From Octopus sinensis (lineage: Eukaryota): a DNA stretch of 64,000 nucleotides. The notes beneath the pieces were generated by a model, which did not search any database, was not told where the DNA came from, and saw nothing but the letters and a program-made list of their open reading frames with translations. This document shows, one piece after another, positions 39,445-52,029 of this stretch. Both the position numbers and the translations under genes were made by a program. Positions within the stretch are counted from its first letter, which is position 1. Each line of letters opens with the position of its first letter. The stretch lies in contig NC_043000.1 in NCBI RefSeq assembly GCF_006345805.1, positions 20,770,001 through 20,834,000 of the forward strand, read 5' to 3'.

Positions 39445-39785
39445 GGCCGTTCGCCAGCCTCGTCTGGCACCTGTGTCGGTGGCACATAAGAAAACACCAT
39501 CCGAGCGTGGCCGTCTGCCAGCCTCATCTGGCACCTGTGTCGGTGGCACATAAAAAACACCATCCGAGCGTGGCCATCTGCCAGCCCCGTCTGGCACCTG
39601 TGTCGGTGGCACATAAAATCACCCACTACGCTCTCGGAGTGGTTAGCGTTAGGAAGGGCATCCAGCTGTAGAAACACTGCCAGATCTGACTGGCCTGGTG
39701 CAGCCTTCAGGCTTGCCAGACCCCAGTTGAACCGTCCAACCCATGCTAGCATGGAAAGCGGACGTTAAACGATGATGATGATGAT
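39445..39785 (+). mobile_element. RTE 3'UTR copy with three 63-64 bp tandem units, flanked by (TA)n
   Basis: Units start at 39445, 39509 and 39572. Confidence 0.9.
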
Positions 39786-40027
39786 ATATATATATATATA
39801 TATATTCACAAGAAGTACTGAAAAGTTCCTGGCTTTGGGTAAAAGAAAATGCAGGAGAATCAGTTAATTATGATTTTATTCAATATATTCCCTTCTCAGA
39901 TTCACACACTCATTGCAGTGATCTTTCAGTCTTTCTAAGCCCCATGAAAGAACTTGGAAGATTGGGCCTTCAACCAGGCCTTTCGCAATACTCTTAAAAC
40001 AAGGAACTTTTCAGCACCTCCTAATAT

Positions 40028-40072
<45 letters not shown>

Positions 40073-40403
40073 CTTTTATTCTTTTACTTGCTTCAGTCAT
40101 TTGACTGCAGCCATGCTGGAGCACCGCCTTTGGTCGAACAAATCAACCCCAGGACTTATTCTTTGTAAGCCTAGTACTTATTCTAATGGTCCCATTTGCT
40201 GAAGTGCTAAGTTACGGGGAATGTAAACACATAAGCATTGGTTGTCAAGCGATGTTGAGTGGACAAACACAGACACAAATACACATACAAACACGCACAC
40301 ACACACACATATGTATATATATATATATATATATATATTGGTAAAAACGGTAAGATAACAAAAGAAAGAAAGAGACCTCAATATTATGTAAATAGAGGAA
40401 ATT

Positions 40404-40497
40404 TATCTGTAAATTAATATGTGACAATCATTCAATACCCAAGATAAAACTCTGAGTATTATCTTGGCTATTGAATAATTGTCACATATTAATTTAC

Positions 40498-40502
<5 letters not shown>
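40404..40502. repeat. Near-perfect 99-bp palindrome
   Basis: 44-bp arms pair at 42/44 positions, and the 11-nt centre contains actc-t-gagt. Confidence 0.9.
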
Positions 40503-40539
<37 letters not shown>

Positions 40540-40759
40540 TATATATATGACAGGCTTCTTTTCAGTTTCCGTCTACCAAATCCACTCACAAGGCTTTGGT
40601 TGGCCCAAGGCTATAGTAGAAGATACTTGCCCAAAGTGCCACACAGTGGGACTGAACCCGGAACAATGTGGTTGGTAAGCAAGCTTCTTACCACACAGTC
40701 ACTTTCTAACTTCTTTTATAGTTGCCAGGAACTTTCCCTCTTCCTCGCATTCTCCCAAT

Positions 40760-41080
40760 GTTTCTTGGTGTGTCTTTTATGACATTGCTGTGTCATTCCA
40801 CCAGCTTGATATCATCTTTCTGAGTGGAACATTGCTCCATCCACAGATCTAATTTTATAGATTGCTACAGAATATCTAGTAGAAACTCCAATTGTCTTCT
40901 CTGTCATACATCTCTTCCTCACACTCCTCTTCAGATACCTCACCTAGTACATCTTTGAGCCTACATTAAGCCAAGGGATTATTCAGCTTGTATACCTTTC
41001 ATCTTCAAATTATCTTCTGTCTCTGAGTCTACCTAGCTCTTAGCTTGTAGCTGTTGATCCCTAATCTATGTTAAATGTTA
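40760..41080 (-). mobile_element. Possible very degraded RTE endonuclease N-terminus
   Basis: Minus-strand LNVGS...GEVSE-like remnant. Weak. Confidence 0.3.
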
Positions 41081-41244
41081 GTCTTCACAAAAGAAAGCTG
41101 TATTATTCCCAATAATCTGTTTCTCTTAGTGAGTATGATGTCTCCTTTACATTTAAAATAATTGCATTTTTTGTCTTGTTTTTCTTAAAATTTAGACACA
41201 GCTAAATACCATATTTTATTTTAGTTTATCATTTTCCATTTCAG

Positions 41245-41452
41245 GTAGAAATTGCCATGAGATACAAGCCAACCCACTTGGAATAATTGACAGGTTTGAT
41301 AATCGAAATGAACCGAATGAATTTTGGCAACGAACAACTGGATCAATGTTAGGAACCATGTGTGGCATTATCAACAATGAAAATGCCTTGTTTTTTCCTG
41401 CTGACGGAACACGAGAGGCTGTAACTCTTCCACTTGACACAACACATCTCAG
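41245..41452 (+). CDS. RELN: Reelin-like exon 11 (208 nt, phase 1-2)
   Basis: catttcag| and |gtaagt. RNCHEIQANPLGIIDRFD...CGIINNENALFFPADGTREAVTLPLDTTHL. Confidence 0.92.
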
Positions 41453-42608
41453 GTAAGTGAACAAAACTTTATTCTCATCATCATCATCGTTTAACGTCCG
41501 ATGGAGTAATGTGAACTAACCAACCTTGCAAGATTTGCTCTGCCTCTTTGTGTTCTGAGTTCTTGGGGGATAGACTTAATTTGTAACCTGGCTTATAACA
41601 ACCACCAACTGATCCTTAGAGAATCTTTAGTGGAGTCCACTCTGTTCCAAGCATTCGATTCAGGTATCCAGTTTGAAATAACTTCCCCCTTTCTGCAAAC
41701 CATTCTTAGAGACCCTGAAAAGCAAAAGGGTCATGAGGGAAAAACAGGGAGCTAATATACTTGACTTCAGGTAGCAAAGTTTAAATTAATATGTGTCTAT
41801 TAGCCCAGTGTGTTAATTTCACAGCTATTATCACAAAGAATGCATAGCAAGTTATGGTCCCAAAGCTGAATTTCTAAGTGAGATAATATCCAAGTATGTT
41901 TTACACACAAGACTAGGAACAAACACCATCACTTGTACATTGGGGCTGCTAATCTACAACCATCAGGACAAAGGTCTGCTTACAAACATGTTTACAATGG
42001 GTTTCTTTGTGTTTCTATCTACCAAATTACAACGCTTTTGGTCAACCCAGGGCTAGCAAACATTTGTCCAAGGTGCCATATAGTGAGACTGAACCTGAGA
42101 TCACATGGTTGTGAAGCAAGCTCCTTAACCGCACAACCATTCCTGCACCTGTACAGAACATCATCATCATCGTTTAACATCCGTCTTCTATTCACAGGTA
42201 GGATGGTTCACAGGAGTCAGCCAGGTAGAAAATCTATCCCAAGCTATTGTATCTGTTTTGGCAGGGTTTTTATGGTGGGAGGTCCTTCCTAACACAAACC
42301 ACTCCACAAAGTGGACTCGCTGCCTTTTACGTGGCACTAGCACAGATGAGATTAGTTTTAGCATGATTTTCACAGCTGGATGCCCTTCAAAATGCCAACC
42401 ACTTTACAGTGTAGACTGGATATTTTTTTACATGATGCCAGCACTGGCAGGGTCGCCACATAACTCACAAGACAACCAATTATGAGGGAGGCAGGGGCAT
42501 TTAAGGAGATGATCTTGTGTCAGAAGATAAAAGGTTAGTGTTTGTCTCTTTACCTTCTCAATTCAGAAATTCATTAGCAAAATACATATGGTTTTTTTTT
42601 TTTTCCAG

Positions 42609-42853
42609 GTTGGTGCAGTTCCAGGTTTCTATTGGTGACATAAATGGTAACAAAGTGTGTAAGAAACCTAGGAATAGAAATGAAGCTGTGATCCTTGACT
42701 ATTCTACAGACAATGAAATCACCTGGACAATGCTGAAAGTTGTTGAACCAAGTATGTATACTAGTTCCAATGAAATTGTCAGTGTTGAATTACCTGTTGG
42801 TGCAAAAACCAATCGAACTATATTCAGATGGTGGCAGCCACTTGGATATGGAG
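42609..42853 (+). CDS. RELN: Reelin-like exon 12 (245 nt, phase 2-1)
   Basis: ttttccag| and |gtgagt. LVQFQVSIG...AVILDYSTDNEITW...VELPVGAKTNRTIFRWWQPLGYG. Confidence 0.94.
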
Positions 42854-43352
42854 GTGAGTTGTTTTGACTTTGTCTCTTAACATTGTGATTACTCTATCAC
42901 ATGCTTATCTATTCACTTTGCTTTGAATTAATTATGCACTATTTTGACTGAGTATCTGTCTGCCAGTAGGCTACAGTTTGGCATGGTGGAGAATGCTATC
43001 TCAAAGTGTCAGCTGTTAAAACACCTGAAAGTCATGGACAGGTGAGACAACTCTTCTCAAATTCCATCCAGGAGTGATGGACATTCATGTTCCACCATTC
43101 TTATGGCTTATCAGCATCACACATACAAACAGGATTGGAGATGACTGATATTGCCAGTTCACAACTTATATGTATATAGCATGTAAATTATGGGTGGGTG
43201 TGCCCGGACAATGCATACATAAGAATGAGTTTGGTAGGCTGCAATTTGGGATAGTGGAGAATACTCTCTCAAAGCACTAGGTGTTAAAACACCTGAAAGT
43301 CATGGATAGGCAAGCATGCCAAATCACAGTCTACTGGTAAATGCATGGAGCA

Positions 43353-43760
43353 TATCATCATCATCGTTTAACATCCGCTTTCCATGCTGGCATGGGTTGG
43401 ACGCTTTGGATGAAACTGGTAAACTGGGGAGCTGCACCAGGTTCCAGTCTGATTTGGCATGGGTTCTATGACTGGATTCCCTTCCTAATGCCAACCACTC
43501 CAAGAATGTAGTGGGTGCATTTTATGTGCCACTGGCATGGATGCCAGTTATGCAACACCAGCATCAGCCACAACTACGATCTCACTTGGCTTCACAGATC
43601 TTCTCAAGCATGGTGTAGTACCAAAGGTTTCAATCCCTTGTCACTGCCTCTGCATTACCCAACATTCAAACGGTGCTTTCTACATGCTACAGGTATGGGT
43701 GCCAGTTACACAACAATGGAATCGGCCTCAACTGTGGTTTCGCTTGGCTTGACAGCTCTT
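43353..43760 (-). mobile_element. RTE 3'UTR copy. Further copies lie at about 12600-12750(+), 42165-42460(-), 50828-51055(-), 58705-58995(+) and 63621-63836(+)
   Basis: All share the conserved terminal block and GAT/CAT tail. Confidence 0.85.
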
Positions 43761-44074
43761 CTCAAGCACAGCATATGTGTTAAGTATATGCGGTTGATGA
43801 TATATTACACCGATGCAACTTCTACTTCATATTTAAATTTATTCTCATGTATGCATTGTCCAGGCTTACCTGCACAGAGTTTGCATGCTATATGCAGTTT
43901 AAAGCCAATTCATATTGAAGATACTAGTTCTTGTCCAATCGCTGAAGTCAAGCAATGTCAAGCCAAATTCTTTGATGGGTAACCACTTGGGAGACCTAGG
44001 TACTGTAAACATCTCAAGGTGGTGCCCCTGCATAGTTGCAGTCTAATGACTGAAGCAAGTATAAGACAAAAGCT

Positions 44075-44735
44075 ACTACAGATGGATGAGGAGAAATGTG
44101 TGAAGAAGTGTCACTCCCATACAGTTGAAGGAATCCGGGGTAGAGGTAGACCCAGGAAGACATGGGATGAGGTGGTGAAGCATGACCTTCGAATATTGGG
44201 CCTCACAGAGGCAATGACGAAAGCCCAAGACCTCTGGAGATATGATGTGACTGCAAATAAAGTGAGTTCCCAGCTGTATCCTACAACATTTTCGTATAAC
44301 CGGCCCCACTCCTTTCAAAAGTACCTTGGATTGTAGGGCAACCTGCTGTGCTTGAGGAGACCTATAGAATCAAGTACATCAAAATGAAAATCAACTAGAA
44401 ATTGTAGTTGTGATAGCCCTGCCGGTGGCACATAGAAAGCACCATCTAAACGTGGCTGATGCCAGCGCTGCCTTGGCTGGCTTCCGTGCCAGTGGCACAT
44501 AAAAAGCACCAACCAATAGTAGCCATTGCCAGCCTCTTCTGGCCCCTGTGCCAGTGGCACGTAAAAAGCCCCCACTACACTCTGAGTGGTTGGCATTAGG
44601 AAGGGCATCAAGCTGTAAAAACACTGCCCTATCAAACTGGAGCCTGGTGCAGCTTCCTGGCTTCTCGGCCCCCAGTCGAACCATCCAACCCATGCTAGCA
44701 TGGAAAACAGACGTTAAACAATGATGATGATGATA
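44075..44735 (+). mobile_element. RTE 3' end (ORF tail plus 3'UTR)
   Basis: MDEEKCVKKCHSHTVEGIRGRGRPRKTWDEVVKHDL, followed by UTR subrepeats and a (GAT)n tail. Confidence 0.88.
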
Positions 44736-45503
44736 TGTCATAGACTGGCAATATCATTCATCTCTGATCCTGTTCAGGTGCATGATGTTGGTAAGCCACA
44801 AAAATAGTGAAACATCAATGTTCATTACTCCTATATTCAATCATAGATGAGTTGTCTTACCTGTTCATGACTTTCAGGTGTTTTATCACCCATTGCTTTG
44901 AGAAAATATTCTCCACTACTCCAAACCACAGCCTAATGGCAGATACATAGAAGCATAGACATTATGCAGTTGATAATGTTTTTTATACTAGTATTGCTTC
45001 TACTTCATATTCAGGATTGGCTGTGTAGTAAGTAGCTTGCTTACTAACCACATGGTTCTGGATTCAGTCCCACTGTGTGGCACCTTGGGCAAGTGTCTTC
45101 TACTATAGCCTTGGGCCGACCAAAACCTTGTGAGTGGATTTGGTAGACAAAAACAAAGAAGTCCTTCGTGTATATATATATGTGTGTGTGTGTTTGTTTA
45201 TGTGTGTATATGTTTGTGTGTCTGTCTCTCCACCATTGCTTGACAACCGATGTTGGTGTGTTTACGTCCCCGTAATTTAGTGGTTCAGACCAATAGAATA
45301 AGTACTAGGCCTACAAAGAATAAGTCCTTGGGTCGATTTGTTCAACTAAAGGTGGTATTCCAGCATGGTCACAGTCAAATGACTGAAACAAATAAAAGAA
45401 TATATATATATATATAGATATAGAGATATATATATATATATCAAAAAACATTTGAAAATCAATGTCTTCCTATTTCCAAGCAGTTTCTGTCTTAATTTTG
45501 CAG

Positions 45504-45692
45504 GATTACCAAGAGCTGTTTGGGGAATTGACAGTGTACTGGTTGGAGTAAATGACACAAGTGCATTGGGCTTTCAAGATGATTTTAATGGCCAAAATCC
45601 TAACCCTCAATCCTGGTTTATTACCCAAAGTGGTGTCCCAAGAATAAGTTGCCGATCTAATGGTCATGCTTTGGAATTCAGCCGAAATAATG
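45504..45692 (+). CDS. RELN: Reelin-like exon 13 (189 nt, phase 1-1)
   Basis: ttttgcag| and |gtatgt. LPRAVWGIDSVLVG...FQDDFNG...SCRSNGHALEFSRNN. Confidence 0.92.
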
Positions 45693-48666
45693 GTATGTAA
45701 CTCTATGAAGCACTTTACACATTTTCATGCATTCAAGTATTTTATTATATGACAGTTTTAATTATTTCTTTTTACAATATTCTTAAAATAGACTCGTATT
45801 TTAATAAATCATGAAAATAATTTCATTAGTTCCTCCCACACACACTTTTCTTTTCAATGTCAAATCTTGATTTCTACCTTAAAGTTAAGCTAAACAACAC
45901 TTTCCATCCATCATATTTATCTTAATATATTACTGGGGGTGTTTCTTTGAACTGTGAAATGCCAAATCAATTCATCAACCATTGACTTATGTATTTGTTC
46001 TCATTCATAAATGAAACTATTTATTTTAACGCCTACATATAACAACAGAATGAAAGGAGAGAAAAATAGGAATTCTATATATCCAAATTTATTTAATTTG
46101 TTTTGTTTTTTTTGTAATTAATCATTTTCCACCAAACAGTTTATTTTGTATTTTTATTCTCTAGTCAACTGTATAAGCATTACTTCCCATCTGGACAGAT
46201 TGTGACAGAACTTTTTATTATTGAATTCTTAGGCCACTTCATTAAAATATCTTTTATTCAGACTTTAATATCTTTTCTTTTCCTTTTTTTCACTTGCTGG
46301 GTCTGAAGGAAGGGTATTGATGTCATTAATGTATTGTTTAAACTGTTGCAAAATGACCCCTACGAGAAAGGCATTAGAAGTAGATTCCAGAAAATCAATG
46401 TTCTGGAGATGAAGCACTTTGCATAATGCCTAGTGTGTGGCCTGGTCAGGTTGCACACAAGAAGAGTGATGATAAAGAGATGAGTAGACTGACAGTTCAT
46501 GAGTGGAGTTAACACAAGATCAGATAACTCTTCAAACAAAAGCCATTACAATAGTGGTATAGTGGTATGGTAAAGGCAGAGATAAGAAATGGCACATCTG
46601 TGGATTAAAGGCTGGAGTATGTTAAGGGAGCTTTCATTAGGTGTACTCTAGGATGTTTTGCTACAGGTTTCTAGAATGCAAGATATTAGCAGTGACAAAT
46701 GAGAATGTTAGAGGCATTTCTGCTTCATTGAGTATTATCAATATGAACTCATTGCCAACATGCCTGAATGAAATCTCTCATCACAGATATAGACAAAAAT
46801 GGTGAAAAACTACCACTTGTGTTGTAAGTAAGTAACTGCTCAGCAGAGTAAAAATTCATTATATGCAACAGAAGCAGTATTAGATTAAAATAGCCATTTA
46901 TATATCATATTTAATGTAAATAAATTGTGATAGGCAAAATTTATTCACCTATGAACACACTAATCTAATACTGCTTCTGTTGCATATAATAAACTTTGAA
47001 TATGGGTGTCTTCAGCTCTGGTGTTGGGTACATGTCTTCTTTCTTCTGTTCCCTGGCCTCTTCAATGTATCGTAATCGAGTGTCAGCCGGTGACTGACTG
47101 ACTTGGGGAGGAGTCAAAAGTTTTCCTTGCACAGCTGTGGATATTGACTCAGTTTGGTGGTAACTATTGTATTACAGTGAAACCGAAATAATTAAAATTT
47201 AAAGTAAATTTCATAACTTGTGTATTAATTAAATGACTCTTCCACAATCAAATTTCTTCAGTTCCAGTACATGGTCTCAGACCAGGTTAAACTCACTGGA
47301 AGACAAGAGAATAACTCCCAAAATAGTACGTTAATTATGAAGCCATTCTAGAAACATGACTGAAATTCTTAATTACAGAATTATTTGATAAAAACTTTTT
47401 TTTACTGCCAACAAAAAGCATATATTTTTTGCTTTGAGATGAAAACTAAGCATTGAAGTAACTACAAAGTAGAATCTTCTTCACTAGCACACACACACAC
47501 ACATTGGCACATGCATTGCTGTGTGGTTAAGAATCTCACTTTGCAACTAATTGTATGGCATCTTGGGCAAGTGTCTTCTACTTTTGCCCCAAGCCAACCA
47601 ATGCCTTGTGAGTGAATTGATTAAGTTGAAATTGCATAGAAGCATATTGTGTGTATTTTTATACAAAGTATGGTGGTTTAGTTCATAGGTGATCTAAATG
47701 ATTAGGTACGCTAAGTAAGTGCTGTAATGGATTACTGGGGCTCCAAGTTTATAGCCAAGACGGTAGTTATGGAGCCATTGCAGATTTCCGATGCAGCGGA
47801 TATATAATTGCTAAAGAGGACAACAAACAGTAAGGCAAGGCTGTTCAATGAAAGAGACCATTAGAATAAGTGCCAGGCTTTAAGAAAAAAGTATAGGGGT
47901 TAATTCATTGAACTAAAAATTTTCCATTGGTTAGACAGATATATTATTGAGGCATTGTTTTAAAGCAGGATGCCTTTTTTGTCTCTAAACCTTTACCTGC
48001 TTTTCAAGCAAGGAATCTTTGCAAGTAAGCAGTTTGTGGTAGTCTCTAGGAGTTTGTAGAGTGTACCTTCTGGACAACAGACATTACTGTGGAAAACTAC
48101 TCTTTCCATATGATCAAAATTTAGCATCATAGATTTGAACCATATTTCATCTCTTTCATTTCTATTTATATTCTATGTTGTTTACAGGCATTTGAGCCCA
48201 AAATACCAATATATTGAAATGAATATCCCCTTTTTGATATTTAAAAAAAATTCTCCATTGTTGACAGTTTCTCATACAAAATCTGTTTATTCACACAATA
48301 CTTCTAAATACGTTTTCTCAAACTGAAACAAAAATATAAAAAATAAATATCTATATGAAAATTACATATCCATAAATGTGATGTACTTATCAATAAATGT
48401 TCATGTAGGTATATGTATGTTTATATGTATGTATATATTTTATAAATGGATATATACACATACACACATATATTCATAGATATACTTATATACAATCGTG
48501 TATATACAAATTCAATAGTACATAAATGAATATAAATGAATACACATATATGCACGTGATCACACAGTATCATACTATTTTCTCTGTCTTTGCATTATAT
48601 ATATATGTTTATTTATCATTGAATCTTTGTACACAAACCTACTTGCATATATATATATATATATAT

Positions 48667-49024
48667 AAATTTTTTGCTTAAACATGTTATATTGAAGACA
48701 GGAAATATGAAAAATATTTAATAAAAAATATTAAATTCAAACTCAGTGATGTCTTTCAATATATGTGTGTATGTATATGTGAAACAGAGAATAAATACAC
48801 TGATAAATGGATACAGAGATTGAGATGTAAAGTCAGATACATAGATAGAGAGAAAATAGATTAATAGCATATAAATTGGTACATACAGACTGACGCTTCA
48901 ACAGGTAGTCATAAAAATACATTTTTGTATAAATTAGATATATTGAAAGATTTCACAGGAAATGAATTCCTTCCCATGTGTGCATATGAATTCATAAATG
49001 CTCATAAATATGAAAGTGTGTATA

Positions 49025-49073
<49 letters not shown>

Positions 49074-49286
49074 AAATGTGTGTGTGTATATATATATGTG
49101 TGTGTATGTGTGTATGTATATATATTTATATATATATTTTTATTTTTTTTATATTTATGTATATATATATATTTGTGTGTGTGTATGTGTATATATATAT
49201 ATGTGTGTATGTATATATGTGTGTGTGTATATATGTGTGTGTGTGGTGTGTGTGTATATATACGTGTGTGTGTGTGTATATATACA

Positions 49287-49337
<51 letters not shown>

Positions 49338-49971
49338 TATATATAAATTTTTTGCTTAAACATGTTATATTGAAGACAGGAAATATGAAAAATATTTAAT
49401 AAAAAATATTAAATTCAAACTCAGTGATGTCTTTCAATATATGTGTGTATGTATATGTGAAACAGAGAGAATAAATACACTGATAAATGGATAGAGAGAT
49501 TGAGATGTAAAGTCAGATACATAGATAGAGAGAAAATAGATTAATAGCATATAAATTGGTACATACAGACTGACGCTTCAACAGGTAGTCATAAAAATAC
49601 ATTTTTGTATAAATTAGATATATTGAAAGATTTCACAGGAAATGAATTCCTTCCCATGTGTGCATATGAATTCATAAATGCTCATAAATTTGAAAGTGTG
49701 TATATTTGTGTGTATGTATAAATGTGTGTGTGTATGTATATATATATATATTTTTTTATTTTTTTTATATTTATGTATATATATATATATATATATGTTT
49801 GTGTGTGTATGTATATATGTGTGTGTGTGTGTGTATGTATATATGTGTGTGTGTGTGTGTATGTATATATGTGTGTGTGTGTGTATGTATATATGTGTGT
49901 GTGTGTGTGTGTGTATGTATATATGTGTGTGTGTGTGTATATATATGTGTGTGTGTGTGTATGTATATATG

Positions 49972-50022
<51 letters not shown>

Positions 50023-50254
50023 TGTGTATGTATGTATAAATGTGTGTGTGTATATATATATGTGTGTGTATGTGTGTATGTATATATATATATTATATAT
50101 ATATATATTTTTATTTTTTTTATATTTATGTATATATATATATTTGTGTGTGTGTATGTGTATATATATATATGTGTGTATGTATATATGTGTGTGTGTA
50201 TATATGTGTGTGTGTGTGTGTGTATATATACGTGTGTGTGTGTGTATATATACA

Positions 50255-50310
<56 letters not shown>
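48667..50310. repeat. Tandem duplication (offset 678 bp) of a unique AT-rich block plus a compound (TA)/(TG) microsatellite
   Basis: About 350 bp of unique sequence from 48667 recurs at 49345 with about 3 differences. The microsatellite pattern at about 49060-49340 recurs at about 50030-50310. Confidence 0.92.
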
Positions 50311-50311
<1 letters not shown>

Positions 50312-51706
50312 TTCATAACTAATATAGTTATAATTTTCCTTTAAATGTTTTTCCCATTTCAATGATTGCTTTCTCTTATCGTTGCCTTACGCTTCACAAA
50401 ACTCAGAGTACTGTGGACTTCAGAGTTACAATTCAAGAAGCTTCTACTGCTAATAATATATATTTTATCAGTCAGTGAATTGCAGCCATGCTGGAGCACC
50501 AGCTTGAAGAGTTTTAGTCATACAAATTAATCCCTCTATTCAGTTTTTAAATCTAGTGCTTATTCTATCAGTCAGTTTGCCAAACTGCTCATTTACAGGG
50601 ATATAACAAACCAACACCAGTTGTCAAGGGGTGGCAGAAGACACAGATACAAAAACACACACAAAATGCTTCCACACAGTTCTAGTTACCAATTTCATTC
50701 ACAAGGTTATAGTGGAAGACCTTCCCTGTGGTAACACACAGTGGGACTGAACTCAAAACTACATGGTTGCAAAGCAAGCTTCTAAACCACACAGCCACAC
50801 CTCTATATATACACACATATATATATACATCATCATCATCATTTAACGTCCGTTTTCCATGCTAGCATGGGTTGGACGGTTCGACCAGGGTCTGGTAAGC
50901 CATAGAGGCTGCACCAGGCTCCAGTCTGATCTGGCAGTGTTTCTACAGCTGGATGCCCTTCCTAACACCAACCACTCCGATAGTGTAGTGGGTGTTTTTA
51001 TGTGCCACCGGCACAGGGACCAGAGCAGACTGGCAAATGGCCACGATCGGTTGGCAGATATATATATATATAGGGTCAGATGTGGCTGTGTGGCAAGAAG
51101 CTTGCTTCCCAATCATGGTTCCAGGTTCAGTCCCACTGCATAGCACCTTGGGCAAGTGTTTTCTACTATAGCCTCAGGCTAACCAAAGCCCTGTGAGTGG
51201 ACAGAAACTGAAAGAAGCCCATTGCATGTGTATGTGTGTGTGGAGGGGGTTGACAACCAGTGCTGGTATATTTAGGCCCCTGCAACTCAGCAAAAAAGAC
51301 TGATAGAATAAACACTAGGCTTAAAAAATTAGTTCTGAGAGTGATTTGTTTAGCTAAAACCCTTCAAGGTGGTGCTCCAGCATGGCCACAATCAAATGAC
51401 TGAAACAAGAATGAAAGAATATATTATATAAATATATCATTATTATTATTAGTATTATTATATATATAAAGGAATAAATAATCTTGGTTGTATAATGATA
51501 ATAAAATAGTATAATGATAATAAAAAAAATTAATCCGAAGTAATAAAGGTATCATTTCTTTATTTAAGCACTTTTCTTTATTTACACAAAGCCATTTATA
51601 CATGAGGTGTAAATGGCTTTTAAATTTTCCTGAACAAGATACTGCTAAACTCATTATGTCTTAAAATTATGTACCTTTATAAAAATAAACTTCAAGCTAA
51701 TTTTTC

Positions 51707-51745
<39 letters not shown>

Positions 51746-52029
51746 TGTGCAATTTATTTATTTATTGTAATGCTGAGATTATTTCCTATCATCATTCAAT
51801 TTTATCATGTAACTGAATTGTAAAGCATAAGGCACTATTCTTTATTTATAGCAAAGATAATGTGAATGGGTAATCTTTGATGTGGAAAGATGATAAAAAT
51901 ATGTCTATATAAAAATAATATCTATAAAAAGTGTGCACATATCAATAAATAAAAATATAGTTATGTATATATGTTTATTTGTGTTCGTATAATATGGGCT
52001 TTGAATGCAGAGGATTTTCAAATATTACA

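Larger units (their letters stand above)
208..45692 (+). other. RELN: Reelin-like gene, internal portion (13 exons; 5' and 3' ends outside the window)
   Basis: All introns are GT-AG and phases match at every junction (2,2,2,2,0,2,0,0,2,1,2,1). The product has five Asp-box/BNR motifs (SCNGGITW, SIDHGLTW, STNAGISW, SHDNGNSW, STDNEITW), RFRWxQ and WAxDxxxIG subrepeat motifs, and two EGF-like modules. Orthology to RELN is inferred from this architecture. Confidence 0.92.

Noticed and set aside
39445-39625. Regularly spaced repeats resembling a CRISPR array (also 11800-11945 and 25455-25690)
   Set aside because: The whole unit is repeated with no unique spacers, there are no cas genes, and the context is a eukaryotic LINE UTR.
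48925-50362. Long ORFs of 100-214 aa rich in C/V/Y/I or H/T/Y/I
   Set aside because: These are translations of (TA)/(TG) microsatellites, which lack stop codons.
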